A stretch of DNA of 64,000 nt from NCBI GenBank assembly GCA_046710535.1, contig JBKEHH010000015.1:3525-67524 (forward strand). Reading direction: 5' to 3'. This DNA is from Pseudomonadales bacterium (GTDB lineage Bacteria; Pseudomonadota; Gammaproteobacteria; Pseudomonadales; CAWVSB01). Shown piece after piece: positions 19,818 through 31,740 of the stretch (position 1 is its first letter; each line of letters begins with the position of its first letter). The translations under genes were made by a program, and so were the position numbers. A model generated the notes under the pieces. That model worked only from the letters and a program-made list of their open reading frames with translations, made no database searches and had not been told where the DNA came from.

Positions 19818-20300
19818 TTGGAGAAAATCATGATTAAACTCACTCTCAACGGCAAAGCCTTGTCATTGGATGCCGCCCCTGAGATGCCTTTGCTCTATGC
19901 TATTCGTGATATTGCTGAGCTCACTGGTACCAAATTTGGTTGTGGTTTAGGTTTGTGTGGCGCCTGCACTGTTCATATGAATGGTATTGCTACGCGTTCT
20001 TGTGTTACGCCGCTCTCATCTGCGCAGGGTGCTGATATCACCACGATTGAAGGGCTGGGTAGCGATGATGAACTGCACCCAGTACAAGCTGCCTGGGTCG
20101 CTCATAAAGTACCCCAATGCGGTTACTGCCAAAGCGGGCAAATAATGAGTGCTGCCGCTTTACTAGCAACTAATGCAGCGCCGTCAGATTCAGAAATTGA
20201 AACTGCTATGCAGGGCAATATTTGCCGTTGTGGAACCTATCCTAGAATTAAGCTGGCGATAAAAGAAGCCGCTGAAAATATTCAGCAGGTGAAAACATGA
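19818..20300 (+). CDS. (2Fe-2S)-binding small subunit of a molybdenum hydroxylase (IorA / aldehyde oxidoreductase type)
   Basis: Two [2Fe-2S] cysteine clusters ([11 protein letters not shown] and CGYCQSG...CRCGTY). The likely start is the ATG at 19830 after a GGAG. Confidence 0.9.
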   Translation: MEKIMIKLTLNGKALSLDAAPEMPLLYAIRDIAELTGTKFGCGLGLCGACTVHMNGIATRSCVTPLSSAQGADITTIEGLGSDDELHPVQAAWVAHKVPQCGYCQSGQIMSAAALLATNAAPSDSEIETAMQGNICRCGTYPRIKLAIKEAAENIQQVKT

Positions 20301-22585
20301 GCCAAATAAAGAATTTAAGCCGGCGCCAATTTATCGCCTTAACTGGCCGCGCTGGTGGCGCGCTAATGCTAGGTAGTGCTCTCGGTGTTGCGCCTTTGGC
20401 CGCGGCCAAATCTACTGCTGCCAAAACTGATGGATTTGGCAGTACGCTGGGCGCTTTCGTGACTATCAAAAATGACGGTCAAGTGGAGATCATTTGCCAT
20501 CGGACTGAAATGGGGCAGGGGATTCTGACCAGTGTTCCACAAATTATTGCTGAGGAATTAGAGGCAGATTGGGGTCAAGTAATTGCCGTATTAGGTAATG
20601 CTGATCCGAAATATGGCGACCAAAATACTGGTGGCTCAGCGTCTATTCGACGGTTCTTTGTGCATATTCGGCAAATGGGTGCCGTTGCCAGAGACATGCT
20701 TGAGCAAGCAGCAGCTGACCAGTGGGCAGTGGACAAAAGCCAAGTAGCAGCCAGCAACCATTCGGTGGTGGATAAGGTTAGTGGCAATAGTCTGTCATTC
20801 GCAGCGTTAGCCGAAGCCGCTAGTAAACTTACAGTGCCGGCAGTCGAATCAGTAACTCTCAAAGACAGCGCCAATTTCACCTTAATAGGTAGAGACGACA
20901 TCGCGCTGCAAGGCGTAGAGGATATTGTCACCGGCAAAACGATCTATGCTCAAGATATACAGCTGCCAGGGATGCTGATCGCCAGTATTGAACGGCCGCC
21001 AGTTGTCGGTGGCAAGGTTAAGTCATTCGATGCTAGCGAGGCAAAAAAAGTCAGTGGCGTGGTTGATGTTATTCAATTGAAAGATAGAAGTTTCCCCGTT
21101 GATACCAAGCCGATGTCAGGTGTCGCGGTGCTAGCAACCAATACTTGGGCCGCAATAGAAGGGCGTAAGAAACTTAAGATAGAATGGGATCATGGCGCAA
21201 ATGTTACCCATGATTCCGCGGTCTATAAAAAAACCTTAGTCGAAAAGGTCGCCATTAAAAGCAAAGCGGCTCGGGTTGAGGGCGATGTGTATGCACATCA
21301 GTTTGATGCCGGTAACACAATCGAAGCCACCTATACGGTGCCCTATCATCACCATATGTCGATGGAGACGCCTGCTGCAACAGTAGTTATTGAAGGTGAC
21401 CGCTGTCGAGTATGGAGTGGCACTCAGGCGCCTCAATGGGGTAAAGAGATGGTGCTAGAAGAGCTCGGTTGGGATGCTGAAACTGACTATGACAAGGTTG
21501 AATTTAATACTACTTTTATGGGTGGAGCCTTCGGCCGTAAAAGTAAAAACGACTTCACTATCGAAGCCGTCGAACTAGCTAGAGCCTCGGGCAAGCCAGT
21601 TAAAGTAGTTTGGAGCCGAGAAGATGACGTTAAGCATGGCTTCTATCATTCTATTGCGGCCAACTATTTGAAGGCGGAGCTGACGCCAGATAACCGCAGT
21701 GATAACTGGATTCAGCGCGTAGTTGCGCCGCCCATTGCTTGGATTTTCGATGATAAAGTTAGCCACCTGCAAGATGGCGATTTGTCACTAGGTTTTGCCG
21801 ACATACCATTTGATATTAAAAACTTGAGCTGTGAAACGCCCGAGGTAACTACCCATGTTAGAACCGGGTGGTTCCGAGCGGTTGGTAATATTAACAATGC
21901 CTTCGCGCTAGGTTCATTTGTCGATGAATTAGCCGTTAAAGCAGGCATTAGCACTCCGCAAATGTGGCTTAACCTACTCGGCGAAGACCGCAGTTTTGAT
22001 CCTAGAAAAGAGGGTTATCAAGGTTATAGCCACTATGGGCAAATCAAAGACGACAAAGCGATTGATGAGTATGTTTTAGAGATATCGCGATACAAAGGTG
22101 TACTAAACGAAGTTGTCAAAAAAAGCGGTGCCGACCAGAAATTGCCAGCAGGCCAAGGCTGGGGCATCAGCGTTGCGGCGAGTTTTAATTCTTATGCGGC
22201 GGCGGCAACCAAAGTTGAAGTGGTAGACGGCAAAGTCACTCTGTTGGAAATACACACTGCCATTGACTGTGGCTTAGTCATTACGCCAGATCGGGTTCGC
22301 TCACAAATGGAGGGCGCAATGATTATGGGTATATCGCTAGCGTTAGAAAGCGAAATCACTATGAAAGACGGCGCTGTAGTTCAAAATAACTTTTATGATT
22401 ATCCGGTTTCACGGATGTCGCAGGTGCCAGATTTATTCGTGCATATCGTCAGCTCGAATGAAGCGCCGGGAGGAGTTGGAGAGCCTGGCTTGCCGCCAAT
22501 TTTACCGAGTATTACCAATGCAATTTTTCATGCATCAGGCACTCGAGTTCGTGACCTACCAGTTAAAAATATTATGAAAGTGTAA
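20297..22585 (+). CDS. Molybdopterin-binding large subunit of the same oxidoreductase (IorB-like), Tat-exported
   Basis: 762 aa with a twin-arginine leader ([18 protein letters not shown]). ATGA start/stop overlap with the Fe-S subunit. Xanthine dehydrogenase-family Mo-binding regions. Confidence 0.9.
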   Translation: MSQIKNLSRRQFIALTGRAGGALMLGSALGVAPLAAAKSTAAKTDGFGSTLGAFVTIKNDGQVEIICHRTEMGQGILTSVPQIIAEELEADWGQVIAVLGNADPKYGDQNTGGSASIRRFFVHIRQMGAVARDMLEQAAADQWAVDKSQVAASNHSVVDKVSGNSLSFAALAEAASKLTVPAVESVTLKDSANFTLIGRDDIALQGVEDIVTGKTIYAQDIQLPGMLIASIERPPVVGGKVKSFDASEAKKVSGVVDVIQLKDRSFPVDTKPMSGVAVLATNTWAAIEGRKKLKIEWDHGANVTHDSAVYKKTLVEKVAIKSKAARVEGDVYAHQFDAGNTIEATYTVPYHHHMSMETPAATVVIEGDRCRVWSGTQAPQWGKEMVLEELGWDAETDYDKVEFNTTFMGGAFGRKSKNDFTIEAVELARASGKPVKVVWSREDDVKHGFYHSIAANYLKAELTPDNRSDNWIQRVVAPPIAWIFDDKVSHLQDGDLSLGFADIPFDIKNLSCETPEVTTHVRTGWFRAVGNINNAFALGSFVDELAVKAGISTPQMWLNLLGEDRSFDPRKEGYQGYSHYGQIKDDKAIDEYVLEISRYKGVLNEVVKKSGADQKLPAGQGWGISVAASFNSYAAAATKVEVVDGKVTLLEIHTAIDCGLVITPDRVRSQMEGAMIMGISLALESEITMKDGAVVQNNFYDYPVSRMSQVPDLFVHIVSSNEAPGGVGEPGLPPILPSITNAIFHASGTRVRDLPVKNIMKV

Positions 22586-22626
22586 GCGGTATTGCTTGCG
22601 ATCTAACTGCTGTTTCAGTAAATACA

Positions 22627-22653
22627 GCAAGGCCGTCTAATTGACGGCCTTGC
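22627..22653. terminator. Hairpin between convergent genes (possible bidirectional terminator)
   Basis: 11 bp perfect stem gcaaggccgtc/gacggccttgc with a 5 nt loop. The flanking T-tracts are weak. Confidence 0.45.
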
Positions 22654-22698
22654 TTGAGCCGCTAGTTATACTAACTTAAGCGCCGCAGTCTTTAGCGC

Positions 22699-23115
22699 TT
22701 ATAAAAATTTCACATCAGTATTAAGTGCGCTAAGCGTCATAACTGTATCGCCTTCACGGACTTCACTTTCCTTGAGATTGATGCTTTTACCTGTTTCTTG
22801 ATAAACAACTTGCTCAATCATTTCATTGGTCATGTCACCTTCGATAGTTACGATATTGACCTCGTCTGAATCAATAGCTGCAGAGCCGCCCGGTAGATAG
22901 ATAGCGCCGTTATTAAAATCTACAGCAAATGCGATAACCCCTGGTACCAAAAAGAACAGTAATCCAACGGCATTCAATGCGACGATACTGGTATCAAGTT
23001 GTCCTGCTGCTTGGCCCTTTCTTTCAGGGTGCATAATCGTGCCGCAAGCAGCCAGTTGCATAACGAATGCGCTAGCTAGCGTTAAACTGATCGCTTTTTT
23101 GATTTTAGTATTCAT
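22699..23115 (-). CDS. Hypothetical membrane lipoprotein
   Basis: Lipobox MQLAACG followed by one hydrophobic helix (IVALNAVGLLFFLVPGVIAFAV). Confidence 0.6.
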   Translation of the reverse strand: MNTKIKKAISLTLASAFVMQLAACGTIMHPERKGQAAGQLDTSIVALNAVGLLFFLVPGVIAFAVDFNNGAIYLPGGSAAIDSDEVNIVTIEGDMTNEMIEQVVYQETGKSINLKESEVREGDTVMTLSALNTDVKFL

Positions 23116-23305
23116 TATTATTCCTCATTAGTGTTAAAAGCAAAATTTTATACGTGTTGCTAAGTTTAGGCCATCACATTATATCGGCTGAGCTAACGAA
23201 GATGGGTGTTAAGTCACAAGATTTAACCAAGGACTGTTTAGTCATCGAATATTTTTGCGAACAGTTTTTTAGGATTAAGAAAAGTAACCGTATATAAAGC
23301 CAGCA

Positions 23306-24247
23306 TTAACGCTTGGCAGTAGCGATAATTTTACTTATCCCAGAAGCTATCAATAAAACGATTCCGCCTGCGGCAATACCAACTAGTCCATCAAATAACA
23401 TTGGCGTAACCGCCCCAGAGAGCGAGTTCAGCAGCGGTGTTAACAGCTCGACCATCGAAGTTGATTGATGATGCAGCCAAGCAAAACTATGGGTCAATAT
23501 TCCACCGCCCACCAAAAACATGGCTATAGTGCCAACGATAGAAAGCAGCTTCATCAGATTAGGCGCAAAGATCAGTAAAGAGCGGCCCATTAGGCGCTGT
23601 GTTGCCTTGTAAGAGCCTGACGCCGATTTTCTCAGCAGATATAAGCCGAGGTCATCAAGCTTAACTATGGCCGCTACCAGCCCATAAACCCCAACTGTAA
23701 TTAGTACCGCTAAAGATGAAACTACCATCACCTGCATGGCAAAGGATGCGTCTTGAACAGTGCCTAAAACAATAACGACAATTTCTGCTGATAAAATAAA
23801 GTCGGTGCGAATGGCCCCTTTGATTTTTGTTTTTTCTAGCGCCACAAGATCTACATCGGGTTGCGCCAAGGCTTGTAGCCTTCGTTGATGCTGTTGATCT
23901 AATTCGTCTTTGCTATGAAGAAATTTATGAGCTATTTTTTCAAAGCCCTCATAGCATAAAAATAAGCCGCCAATAACCAGCAGTACAGTGATAAGCGGAG
24001 GCGCGAAAGCGCTGATTGCCGGGGCGCTAGGAACTAATATTAGTTTGTTTAAAAACGAGCCTTTAGCTACGGCCCACACAACGGGTAGCTCGCGGTCTGC
24101 TTTGACGCCAGAAACTTGCTCAGCGTTTAATGCTAGGTCATCACCCAATACCCCAGCGGTTTTTTTAGCAGCAACTTTTGACAAAATAGCCACGTCGTCT
24201 AATACCGTGGCAATGTCATCAAGTAACGCTAGTAGACTGGTAGCCAT
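23306..24247 (-). CDS. DUF808 (YedI-like) inner-membrane protein
   Basis: The N-terminus SLLALLDDIATVLDDVAILSKVAAKKTAGVLGDDLALNAEQV is characteristic of the DUF808 family. Confidence 0.8.
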   Translation of the reverse strand: MATSLLALLDDIATVLDDVAILSKVAAKKTAGVLGDDLALNAEQVSGVKADRELPVVWAVAKGSFLNKLILVPSAPAISAFAPPLITVLLVIGGLFLCYEGFEKIAHKFLHSKDELDQQHQRRLQALAQPDVDLVALEKTKIKGAIRTDFILSAEIVVIVLGTVQDASFAMQVMVVSSLAVLITVGVYGLVAAIVKLDDLGLYLLRKSASGSYKATQRLMGRSLLIFAPNLMKLLSIVGTIAMFLVGGGILTHSFAWLHHQSTSMVELLTPLLNSLSGAVTPMLFDGLVGIAAGGIVLLIASGISKIIATAKR

Positions 24248-24332
24248 TTATTTCATCCTTAAATAAAAGTGCTAGTGCGTTTAACTTTATTATAGTTTTT
24301 GATTTAAACAAAATGCTAACAGTAAGCCAATA

Positions 24333-24362
24333 AAAAAGGCTTCCTACTGGAAGCCTTTTTAA
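24333..24362 (-). terminator. Rho-independent terminator of pckA
   Basis: On the minus strand, aaaaggcttcc-agta-ggaagcctttt is followed by a T run, 17 nt after the pckA stop. Confidence 0.7.
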
Positions 24363-24378
24363 TATTGCTTAGATGATG

Positions 24379-25932
24379 TTAGCCTTTCGGTCCAGCAGCA
24401 ATAATGTCTGCAGAGATATCAAATTTCTTGATGTTCTCTTGGAACATAGTTGCCAGCTTAGAAGCTTGCTCATCGTAAGCAGCTTTATCGCTCCAAGCTT
24501 CGCGTGGGTTGATGTATTGCTGGTCAACGCCTTCAATTGCGGTTGGAATTTCTAGATTAAGGATATCCAAGCGCTCAGTTTTTGCAGTGGCTAGGCTACC
24601 GTTTTGCGCAGCAGTTACTACCGCACGCGTTACCGGAATTGGGAAGCGAGAACCGTTGTCACCGCTGCCGCCAGTCCAACCAGTATTGATTAGATATACT
24701 TTACTATCGAATTCTTCAATGCGCTTCATTAGTAGCTCGGCGTAATCGCCAGCCGGGCGAGGCATGAAAGGAGCACCAAAACAGGCTGAGAAAGTTGGGT
24801 GAACACCCGCTTCTGCGCCCATTTCAGTAGAGCCTACACGTGCGGTATAGCCCGACAAGAAGTGAAATGCTGCTGCTTCTTTAGACAAAATAGAAACTGG
24901 AGGAAGAACGCCAGACACGTCACAAGTTAAGAAGATAACAGTTTTAGGTTCGCCCGCCGCGTTTTCAAATACGCGTTTTTCAACATGCTCTAGTGGGTAG
25001 CAGCAACGGCCGTTTTCACTAAGGTTTGTATTATAGTAGTCAGCGGTGCGCGTTTCTTCATCAACAGTTACGTTTTCAACAATCGCGCCGAAACGAATTG
25101 CGTCCCAAATAATAGGCTCATTCTTTTGGCTTAAATCAATTGTTTTTGCGTAACAACCGCCTTCAATATTGAATACAGCGCCTTTGCCCCAGCCGTGCTC
25201 GTCGTCACCAATTAGGTAGCAAGATGGGTCGGCAGATAAAGTCGTTTTGCCCGTGCCAGACAAACCAAAGAACAAGGTGGTGTTACCTTCTTCGTCAACG
25301 TTAGCCGAGCAATGCATAGGCATAACGTCTTTTTCTGGTAGTAAAAAGTTTTGTACTGAGAACATGGCTTTTTTCATTTCACCGGCATAACGCATGCCCG
25401 CTAATAATACTTTGCGTTGAGCAAAGTTAACCAAGACAACACCGTCAGAATTAGTGCCGTCACGCTCTGGCACACATTCAAAGTTAGCGGCATTTATAAT
25501 GGTCCACTCTTTTTTGGCTTTAGGGTTGTAACGCTCACAGCGTACAAACATATTTAGGGCAAACAAATTTTGCCACGCAGTTTCAGTGTTTACTTGTACT
25601 GGGATGTAATACTCGTCATGGGCGCCAACATGTAACTCTTGGCGGAAATGATCGCGACCAGCTAGGTATTCTTCAACACGCTCCCACAAAGCGTCAAATT
25701 TGTCTGCCTCGAAAGGACGGTTAACGCCGCCCCATTCGATAGCATCTTCAGTGCTAGCTTCTTTAACCACAAAACGGTCAGCAGGTGAGCGGCCAGTGCG
25801 TTTGCCAGTAGTAACTAGCAATGCGCCGTTGTCAGTTAAGCGGCCTTCGCCTCTAGCTAAAGCCATTTCAATTAATTGGGTATGGCTAAGACCAGAATGG
25901 ATAGTTGCTGTGTCATCTGTATTAGTGCTCAT
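24379..25932 (-). CDS. pckA: Phosphoenolpyruvate carboxykinase (ATP)
   Basis: 517 aa with the kinase-1a motif [11 protein letters not shown] and other conserved PckA blocks ([17 protein letters not shown]). Confidence 0.95.
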   Translation of the reverse strand: MSTNTDDTATIHSGLSHTQLIEMALARGEGRLTDNGALLVTTGKRTGRSPADRFVVKEASTEDAIEWGGVNRPFEADKFDALWERVEEYLAGRDHFRQELHVGAHDEYYIPVQVNTETAWQNLFALNMFVRCERYNPKAKKEWTIINAANFECVPERDGTNSDGVVLVNFAQRKVLLAGMRYAGEMKKAMFSVQNFLLPEKDVMPMHCSANVDEEGNTTLFFGLSGTGKTTLSADPSCYLIGDDEHGWGKGAVFNIEGGCYAKTIDLSQKNEPIIWDAIRFGAIVENVTVDEETRTADYYNTNLSENGRCCYPLEHVEKRVFENAAGEPKTVIFLTCDVSGVLPPVSILSKEAAAFHFLSGYTARVGSTEMGAEAGVHPTFSACFGAPFMPRPAGDYAELLMKRIEEFDSKVYLINTGWTGGSGDNGSRFPIPVTRAVVTAAQNGSLATAKTERLDILNLEIPTAIEGVDQQYINPREAWSDKAAYDEQASKLATMFQENIKKFDISADIIAAGPKG

Positions 25933-26116
25933 GTACGCTGTCCTGTGGGGTTATGCATGGCCTGGGGGCTAGTAATATCCAGCTTTGGGGCAGTATTAAT
26001 AAGCAGGCTCCAAAAAAGGGCGGCAATTATGGCAAATTTTGAGGAGAATGCGAACCGAATTGCTTATTTAATAAGCTAGATTCTGCTTATATTCGATATT
26101 TAGCAAGACTTGGTCA

Positions 26117-26995
26117 TTAGTGCAGCGACTTGTCGCCCTTGGTGTTGAACAAATTGTCGATATCAGCAGCCAAAAACGGGTAATTGCTATTACAGAACTC
26201 GCAATTCATTTCAATTTTGCCGTCTTCTTCAATAATGGATCGAACCTCGGTCTCGCCAATGCTGATAAGTGCTGTAGCTACGCGCTCACTCGAGCAATGG
26301 CAGTCGAATTTGACCGCATCAGACTCAAGCATACGCACACCTTCTTCATGGAACAGGCGATATAACAAGGTTTCGGCATCCAAATTGAGCAGTTCGTCGT
26401 CAGATATGGTGGCCACCAGTTGCTTGGCTGTAAGCCAGCGATCCTCACGCATGGCAGTGTCTATACCGGCAGAAGGGGGCAATGCTTGCAGTAGTAAACC
26501 CGCCGCTTTGGCGCCATTGCTGGCCAGGATCAAAATTGTGTCTAGTTGTTCAGATTGAATAAAGTAATATTCCACCGCTGACGCTAAGGTGTCGCCAGTT
26601 AAGGCCACTAAACCTTGGTAGCGCTTGCCTTCTAATGGGTCGATGGTGATTGCGAGGGTGCCGCCACCTAATAGTTGGTCAAAATCGCTGCTGGTAGCGG
26701 TCTCGGCTTGGCGGGCGATAGCGCGAATCGAGCGGTTAGAGTTATATTCCGCCATTATCACTGGTATTTGGCCTTCGCTGCGGGCCTGTAAAATAAGTGA
26801 ACCGTCAAATTTGATGGTTGAGCCAAGTAAAGCACTGGCGGCCATGAATTGGCCAATCATGTTCGCCACTGCTGGTGGATAGTGATGAATCTCCAAAACT
26901 TCTTTAAGACTGGCGTCGAGCTGAATGATTTCACCGCGAATATCGGTGTTATCAAATAAAAAACGATGAGAGAGGTCGGTCATAGCAATGCTCAA
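26117..26995 (-). CDS. hslO: Hsp33 redox-regulated chaperone
   Basis: C-terminal zinc centre CHCS...CEFC, and conserved synteny with hslR and pckA. Confidence 0.95.
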   Translation of the reverse strand: MSIAMTDLSHRFLFDNTDIRGEIIQLDASLKEVLEIHHYPPAVANMIGQFMAASALLGSTIKFDGSLILQARSEGQIPVIMAEYNSNRSIRAIARQAETATSSDFDQLLGGGTLAITIDPLEGKRYQGLVALTGDTLASAVEYYFIQSEQLDTILILASNGAKAAGLLLQALPPSAGIDTAMREDRWLTAKQLVATISDDELLNLDAETLLYRLFHEEGVRMLESDAVKFDCHCSSERVATALISIGETEVRSIIEEDGKIEMNCEFCNSNYPFLAADIDNLFNTKGDKSLH

Positions 26996-27049
26996 TAGTC
27001 GTGCTTAAAAGTTAGTGTGGTGGTGTTGGCGCGAGATTATACCGTAGGT

Positions 27050-27451
27050 TTATTGGTCGTTGTTGGCGTTAATAAAACGATGAATTTGGCGCCGGTCTTT
27101 TTTGCTGGGCTTGCCCTGGGTGCCAACTAAAGCACCACCTGCGGCCTTTCTTTCATCAGCGTTTTGTTCACGTTTGGCAATGCTGTTATCAGTTTCTTTA
27201 TATAATAGCGCCGCTTCTGGCGCGCCACGGCGTTGGTCAGATAAGGCAACTACTTCAACCGTTTTTTCATCCCAGCCTGCACGAATAGATATCATTGCAC
27301 CGATGGCGACTTCTTTGCTCACTTTTGATTTAGCGCCGTCATATTGTACTTTGCCCCCATCAATAGCTTGTTTGGCAAGGCCGCGAGTTTTAAAAAAGCG
27401 TGCGGCCCATAGCCATTTGTCGAGGCGGGTCTTTTTGCTTGTCTCACTCAT
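27050..27451 (-). CDS. hslR: Ribosome-associated heat-shock protein Hsp15
   Basis: S4-like domain RLDKWLWAARFFKTRGLAKQAIDGGKVQYDG. Confidence 0.9.
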   Translation of the reverse strand: MSETSKKTRLDKWLWAARFFKTRGLAKQAIDGGKVQYDGAKSKVSKEVAIGAMISIRAGWDEKTVEVVALSDQRRGAPEAALLYKETDNSIAKREQNADERKAAGGALVGTQGKPSKKDRRQIHRFINANNDQ

Positions 27452-28130
27452 TAGGCTTGCTTCGTTTAATTAATATAGGGCTGGGCATTATTTCATCGAA
27501 ATGAGTAATGCTCGGGAACAGCAAGTTTTCTCGCAAGGCCTTTTGGCTATCTGGCTGAGTTAGTGTCAGCAAATGTTCAATCCCAAAATTATCAGCCGAA
27601 GTAAGGACGCTTTCGGTGTCGTCAATTAATAAAGTGCGGCTGGGGTCAAATGGGTGGTTAGCATGCAACTGCTGCCAAAAATCTTGTTGTTCTTTGGCGT
27701 GGCCATAATCATGCGAACTAACAACTTCATCAAATAGCGGCAGCAAATTAATTTTTTTCATTTTCATATCGACGCTATCGCGTGAAGCATTAGTGACCAG
27801 CAGGCTACCTCGATGGCTATTCTTTAGCTGGCCCAAAAACTCCATCACAAACGGCCTAAGAGCTACCTTGTGATCAACCTCTCTTTTCAGTGCGATAATA
27901 TCCAAGTCTAATTGCTGCGACCAATAGTCAGTGCAATACCACTGTAAGCTACCGTGTTCTTTGGTAATGCGGCCGACTAATTCAGCGCGGGTTTGTTTTG
28001 GGTCGGTGTTATGAATTTCTGCATAGCGTTGGGGTAAATGGTGTAGCCAAAAATAGCTGTCGAAGTGCAAATCTAACAAGGTTCCGTCCATGTCGAGTAA
28101 TACTGTGTCTATTTTGTCCCACGCTACCAT
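27444..28130 (-). CDS. yrfG: HAD-family GMP/IMP nucleotidase (YrfG-like)
   Basis: HAD motif I DTVLLDMDGTLLD. Position upstream of hslR as in enterobacterial and pseudomonad synteny. Confidence 0.75.
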   Translation of the reverse strand: MVAWDKIDTVLLDMDGTLLDLHFDSYFWLHHLPQRYAEIHNTDPKQTRAELVGRITKEHGSLQWYCTDYWSQQLDLDIIALKREVDHKVALRPFVMEFLGQLKNSHRGSLLVTNASRDSVDMKMKKINLLPLFDEVVSSHDYGHAKEQQDFWQQLHANHPFDPSRTLLIDDTESVLTSADNFGIEHLLTLTQPDSQKALRENLLFPSITHFDEIMPSPILIKRSKPNE

Positions 28131-28217
28131 GTTGCTCTTACGCCATGTTTGTTCAGAGGGTATAGTTTACTCCAACTAATGGCCGTTGGCTGAAAATGTT
28201 AATTAATGGAGGAATAA

Positions 28218-28787
28218 TTGAGTAAAGATAGGCCCCCCAAGACCGACAACTTACCTAAAATAGTCGCTAGCCAATGGCTTAGTCATACCAAGCTATTTCA
28301 TGTGGAAGAGCTACAGTTAGAATTTAGTAACGGGGTAGAAAGAATTTACGAACGTTTAAATCCTGGGTTCCATCAAGCGGTGATGGTGGTGCCGGTGTTA
28401 GACCAACATACTTTAGTGATGGTGCGTGAATATGGCGCCGGGCTGGGTGAATATTATTGGTCATTTCCCAAGGGGGCGATTGATAAAGGCGAGATGCCAG
28501 AGCAAGCCGCCGGTCGCGAGCTGAAGGAAGAGGCGGGTTATGGCGTGAGCGATTTGCAGCCCTTACTGAAGCTTGCGTTGTCACCGTCATATATGGGCAA
28601 CCAAATGAATGTTTTACTGGGGCAGGATTTATACCCAGCCAGCTTAGAAGGTGATGAACCTGAGCCAATGGAAGTAAAACTTCTTAGCTGGGCAGAGGTA
28701 GAAGCAATGATCGCTAGCGGTGAAATTTATGAAGCTTATGCAGTGGCCGCTTTTTACCGGGCTAAAGCCGTGCTGGGTGTAACTTAA
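28218..28787 (+). CDS. nudE: ADP compounds hydrolase NudE (Nudix)
   Basis: Nudix box GAIDKGEMPEQAAGRELKEEAGY. Adjacent to cysQ as in other gammaproteobacteria. Confidence 0.8.
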   Translation: MSKDRPPKTDNLPKIVASQWLSHTKLFHVEELQLEFSNGVERIYERLNPGFHQAVMVVPVLDQHTLVMVREYGAGLGEYYWSFPKGAIDKGEMPEQAAGRELKEEAGYGVSDLQPLLKLALSPSYMGNQMNVLLGQDLYPASLEGDEPEPMEVKLLSWAEVEAMIASGEIYEAYAVAAFYRAKAVLGVT

Positions 28788-28803
28788 TGTTGGGAATTAG
28801 CGA

Positions 28804-29586
28804 ATGACGACAGATTGGTCGCCAATGCTACTAAGCTTATGTCGGCAAGTTGGCAGTGACATGATGCTGACTTATGAGCAGCATTTAAAAAATCCAATGG
28901 AGTTTGAACGTAAAGAAAATAACACGCCGTTAACCGCAGCAGACACCAGTGCCCATAATGCCTTGGTGGCCGGTTTAAATAATATCGATTCAAGCATCCC
29001 AATTATTTCTGAAGAGTCGAGTGAGGCTGAGCTTAGCTTGTGTAAAACATGGAATCGATTTTGGTTGATTGACCCGCTAGACGGCACCAAAGAATTTATC
29101 GACGGCACTGGCGAGTTTTGTATTTGTATTGCCTTAGTTGAAAACGCTAAACCAGTGTTTGGTTTTATTTATGCCCCGGTAACAAAAGTTGCTTGGTGGG
29201 GTGGGCTAGAAGTTGCGGCAACAAAGTATAGCGACAATGTTGGCGAGACAATAAGTTGTGATAGCGCGCCGTCAAATTTAGTGGCTAGTTGGCGTGGTCA
29301 TTACCGTAAAGATGTCTCTGCGCTAGTAGCCGAGATGAGTTTTACAACGGTGAGTATGGGCAGTGCGTTAAAATTCTGCCTGATAGCCGAAGGCAAAGCA
29401 CAGATCTACCCAAGTCTTGGGCCTACTAGCGAATGGGATAGTGCTGGCGGGCAAGCAATAGTAGAAGCCGCTGGTGGAGTTGTTGTTGGTGTAGACGGTA
29501 AGCCGTTGACTTACAATCAGCGGGATAGTTTTGCTAACCCGCCGTTTTATGCGCTGGCTGATATTGCCTTATTGCCGGCGCAGTAG
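28804..29586 (+). CDS. cysQ: 3'(2'),5'-bisphosphate nucleotidase CysQ
   Basis: Inositol monophosphatase-family motifs EESS, WLIDPLDGT and WDSAGG. Confidence 0.85.
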   Translation: MTTDWSPMLLSLCRQVGSDMMLTYEQHLKNPMEFERKENNTPLTAADTSAHNALVAGLNNIDSSIPIISEESSEAELSLCKTWNRFWLIDPLDGTKEFIDGTGEFCICIALVENAKPVFGFIYAPVTKVAWWGGLEVAATKYSDNVGETISCDSAPSNLVASWRGHYRKDVSALVAEMSFTTVSMGSALKFCLIAEGKAQIYPSLGPTSEWDSAGGQAIVEAAGGVVVGVDGKPLTYNQRDSFANPPFYALADIALLPAQ

Positions 29587-29589
29587 TCG

Positions 29590-31194
29590 CTAGCCTAATT
29601 CGTCTGTAGCAATACGGTAACGAGGGTCTTCGTTAATATTTACTTCAACATAACGCATACCATTTTTCAAAAGCTGCCAGCACTCTGGGCTTAAATGGCG
29701 CAGGTGCAATTTCTTGCCGGCTTTTTCATATTTAGTGGTTAAGTTATCTAGTGCATCAACACCAGATGAATCCCAGACTCGCGAATCTTTAAAGTCGATA
29801 ACCACATCTTCAGGGTCATTTTCTGGATCAAATAAGTCTTTGAAGCCAGTAATAGAACCAAAGAATATTGGGCCGTCTAGGTCGTAAACTTTCCAGCCTT
29901 CGTCATCAATATGAGTTTTAACAGAAACCTGCTTAGCGTGTTTCCAAGCAAATACTAGGGCGCTAACTAACACCCCGACAATTACTGCTATGGCCAAATC
30001 TGCCATTACGGTTACCGCTGATACTAAAATCATCACAAAGGCGTCGCTAGAATTCATGCCACGGAAAATTCTGTACGATGCCCATTCAAAAGTGCCCAGT
30101 ACTACCATAAACATAACGCCAACTAGAGCCGCTAGTGGAATCATTTCGATGTATGAGGCAAAGAATAAAATACAGCCTAGCAATACCAATGCAGCGGTAA
30201 TGCCTGAAAGACGACCACGGCCGCCAGAGTTAATGTTGATCATGCTTTGACCGATCATTGCGCAACCGCCCATGCCGCCAAAGAAGCCATTAACTGTGTT
30301 GCCGATGCCTTGGCCTACACACTCGCGGTTACCTTTACCACGGGTGTTGGTTACATCGTCAATCAAGCTCATGGTTAATAGCGATTCGATCAAGCCAACT
30401 AAGCACAAAATAACTGAGTAAGGCAGAATGATTTTTAGTGTTTCTAAAGTAAACGGCACCATTGGAATGGCAAAGCTAGGAAGCTCGCCTGCTAGGCTGG
30501 CAGTAGCGCGTTGTGCTTCAGGCAGCATGTCGCGGACAAAGTCGATAACGGTACGTGACTCTAAATCTAGGCCTTGCACTGCCAAGGTAACGCCAACAAT
30601 TGCCACTAATGAGGCTGGTATTGCGGTGGTTAATTTAGGTAAAAATTGGATAATCAGCATGGTGATGCCAACTAGGCCAAGCATTAAATAAAGCGATTGG
30701 CCGCTCATCCAAGACATTGCACCGGCTGCGTCGCGATATTGAAACTGACCAAGTTGAGCCAAGAAAATAACGATCGCTAAGCCGTTAACAAAACCGATCA
30801 TTACTGGATAGGGCACTAAGCGAATAAATTTACCCAATTTAAAGACGCCAGCCAGTATTTGTAATATTCCAGCCAACACAACCGCGGCAAATAGGAAATC
30901 AACACCGTATTGGGCAACCAGTGCCACAATAACAACGGCCATAGCGCCAGTAGCACCTGAAATCATGCCTGGGCGACCACCAAAAATAGCGGCTAATATG
31001 CCCATCATAAAAGCTGCATGTAGACCAACCATTGGCTCAACGCCGGCAACAAAGGCAAAGGCCACTGCCTCTGGCACCAAAGCGAGTGCGACTGTCATTC
31101 CAGACAATATGTCGTTTTTGGCATTGGGTTGTATTTTGTTGATTAACGTAAACATGGTGTAAATCTCTAGGGTCTTCGAGCGTATTGCTAACAA
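29590..31194 (-). CDS. SulP family inorganic anion transporter with C-terminal STAS domain
   Basis: Multi-TM SulP core ([11 protein letters not shown]...) plus a STAS domain ([22 protein letters not shown]). The likely start is at 31155 ([11 protein letters not shown]). Confidence 0.9.
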   Translation of the reverse strand: MLAIRSKTLEIYTMFTLINKIQPNAKNDILSGMTVALALVPEAVAFAFVAGVEPMVGLHAAFMMGILAAIFGGRPGMISGATGAMAVVIVALVAQYGVDFLFAAVVLAGILQILAGVFKLGKFIRLVPYPVMIGFVNGLAIVIFLAQLGQFQYRDAAGAMSWMSGQSLYLMLGLVGITMLIIQFLPKLTTAIPASLVAIVGVTLAVQGLDLESRTVIDFVRDMLPEAQRATASLAGELPSFAIPMVPFTLETLKIILPYSVILCLVGLIESLLTMSLIDDVTNTRGKGNRECVGQGIGNTVNGFFGGMGGCAMIGQSMININSGGRGRLSGITAALVLLGCILFFASYIEMIPLAALVGVMFMVVLGTFEWASYRIFRGMNSSDAFVMILVSAVTVMADLAIAVIVGVLVSALVFAWKHAKQVSVKTHIDDEGWKVYDLDGPIFFGSITGFKDLFDPENDPEDVVIDFKDSRVWDSSGVDALDNLTTKYEKAGKKLHLRHLSPECWQLLKNGMRYVEVNINEDPRYRIATDELG

Positions 31195-31321
31195 TGAAGG
31201 CAGTTATAGCGTAAAAAAATAGAATATGCCTACTAAGTGGTGCAAGCATTGTCTTTAAGTAAGTGGGGTATAGCTATTATCGAGCGGGCGCGATTGTAGC
31301 AGGAATTGCCGTAGATTGCGC

Positions 31322-31693
31322 CTACAGCGCCCAGCTGCGGTTTTTGATGTATGAATCTTTAATGCTGATTTTGCCGTCTTTAAAGGTAAACAAGTCTACC
31401 CCTGAAATCTCTATCTGTTGGCCGTCACCGCCAGTGCCGGTAAATAGCCACTGGGAGCAGCCTCTAATGCCTTGGGCGAAATGTTGGTCTTGCACAAACC
31501 GTACATCCGGGATTGATTCCCATACCTCAATAAAGCGAGCTTTTACTTCCTTAAAGCCTTCATGTTTGGTGCCGTAGTGCTGACTACCGCCGCCCGTCAA
31601 GAAAGCGCAGTCATCCGTCATAAACGCCATAATCGCGTCTATGTCGTGGTCGTTCTAGGCGCAGGAGTAGGCTTTTAGTAATTCAACGCTCAT
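31322..31693 (-). pseudogene. SnoaL-like / NTF2-fold protein interrupted by an in-frame TAG at codon 13
   Basis: The minus-strand reading from the ATG at 31693 gives MSVELLKAYSCA*NDHDIDAIMAFMTDDCAF... The TAG (31657-31655) sits where this family has a conserved Trp (AWN). The ORF track only shows the part after the stop (31322-31630). Confidence 0.7.
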
Positions 31694-31740
31694 GCTGGTC
31701 ACCTCGGTTTGCTTGCTGGAACAATATCAATAAGCTGGTT

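Noticed and set aside
31655-31657. In-frame TAG (and the TGA at the OsmC remnant) as programmed recoding (pyrrolysine or selenocysteine)
   Set aside because: Both stops fall exactly at conserved Trp codons, one transition away from TGG. No SECIS-like hairpin follows the TGA, and the OsmC gene has additional frameshifts. Simple inactivating mutations or base-call errors are far more likely.
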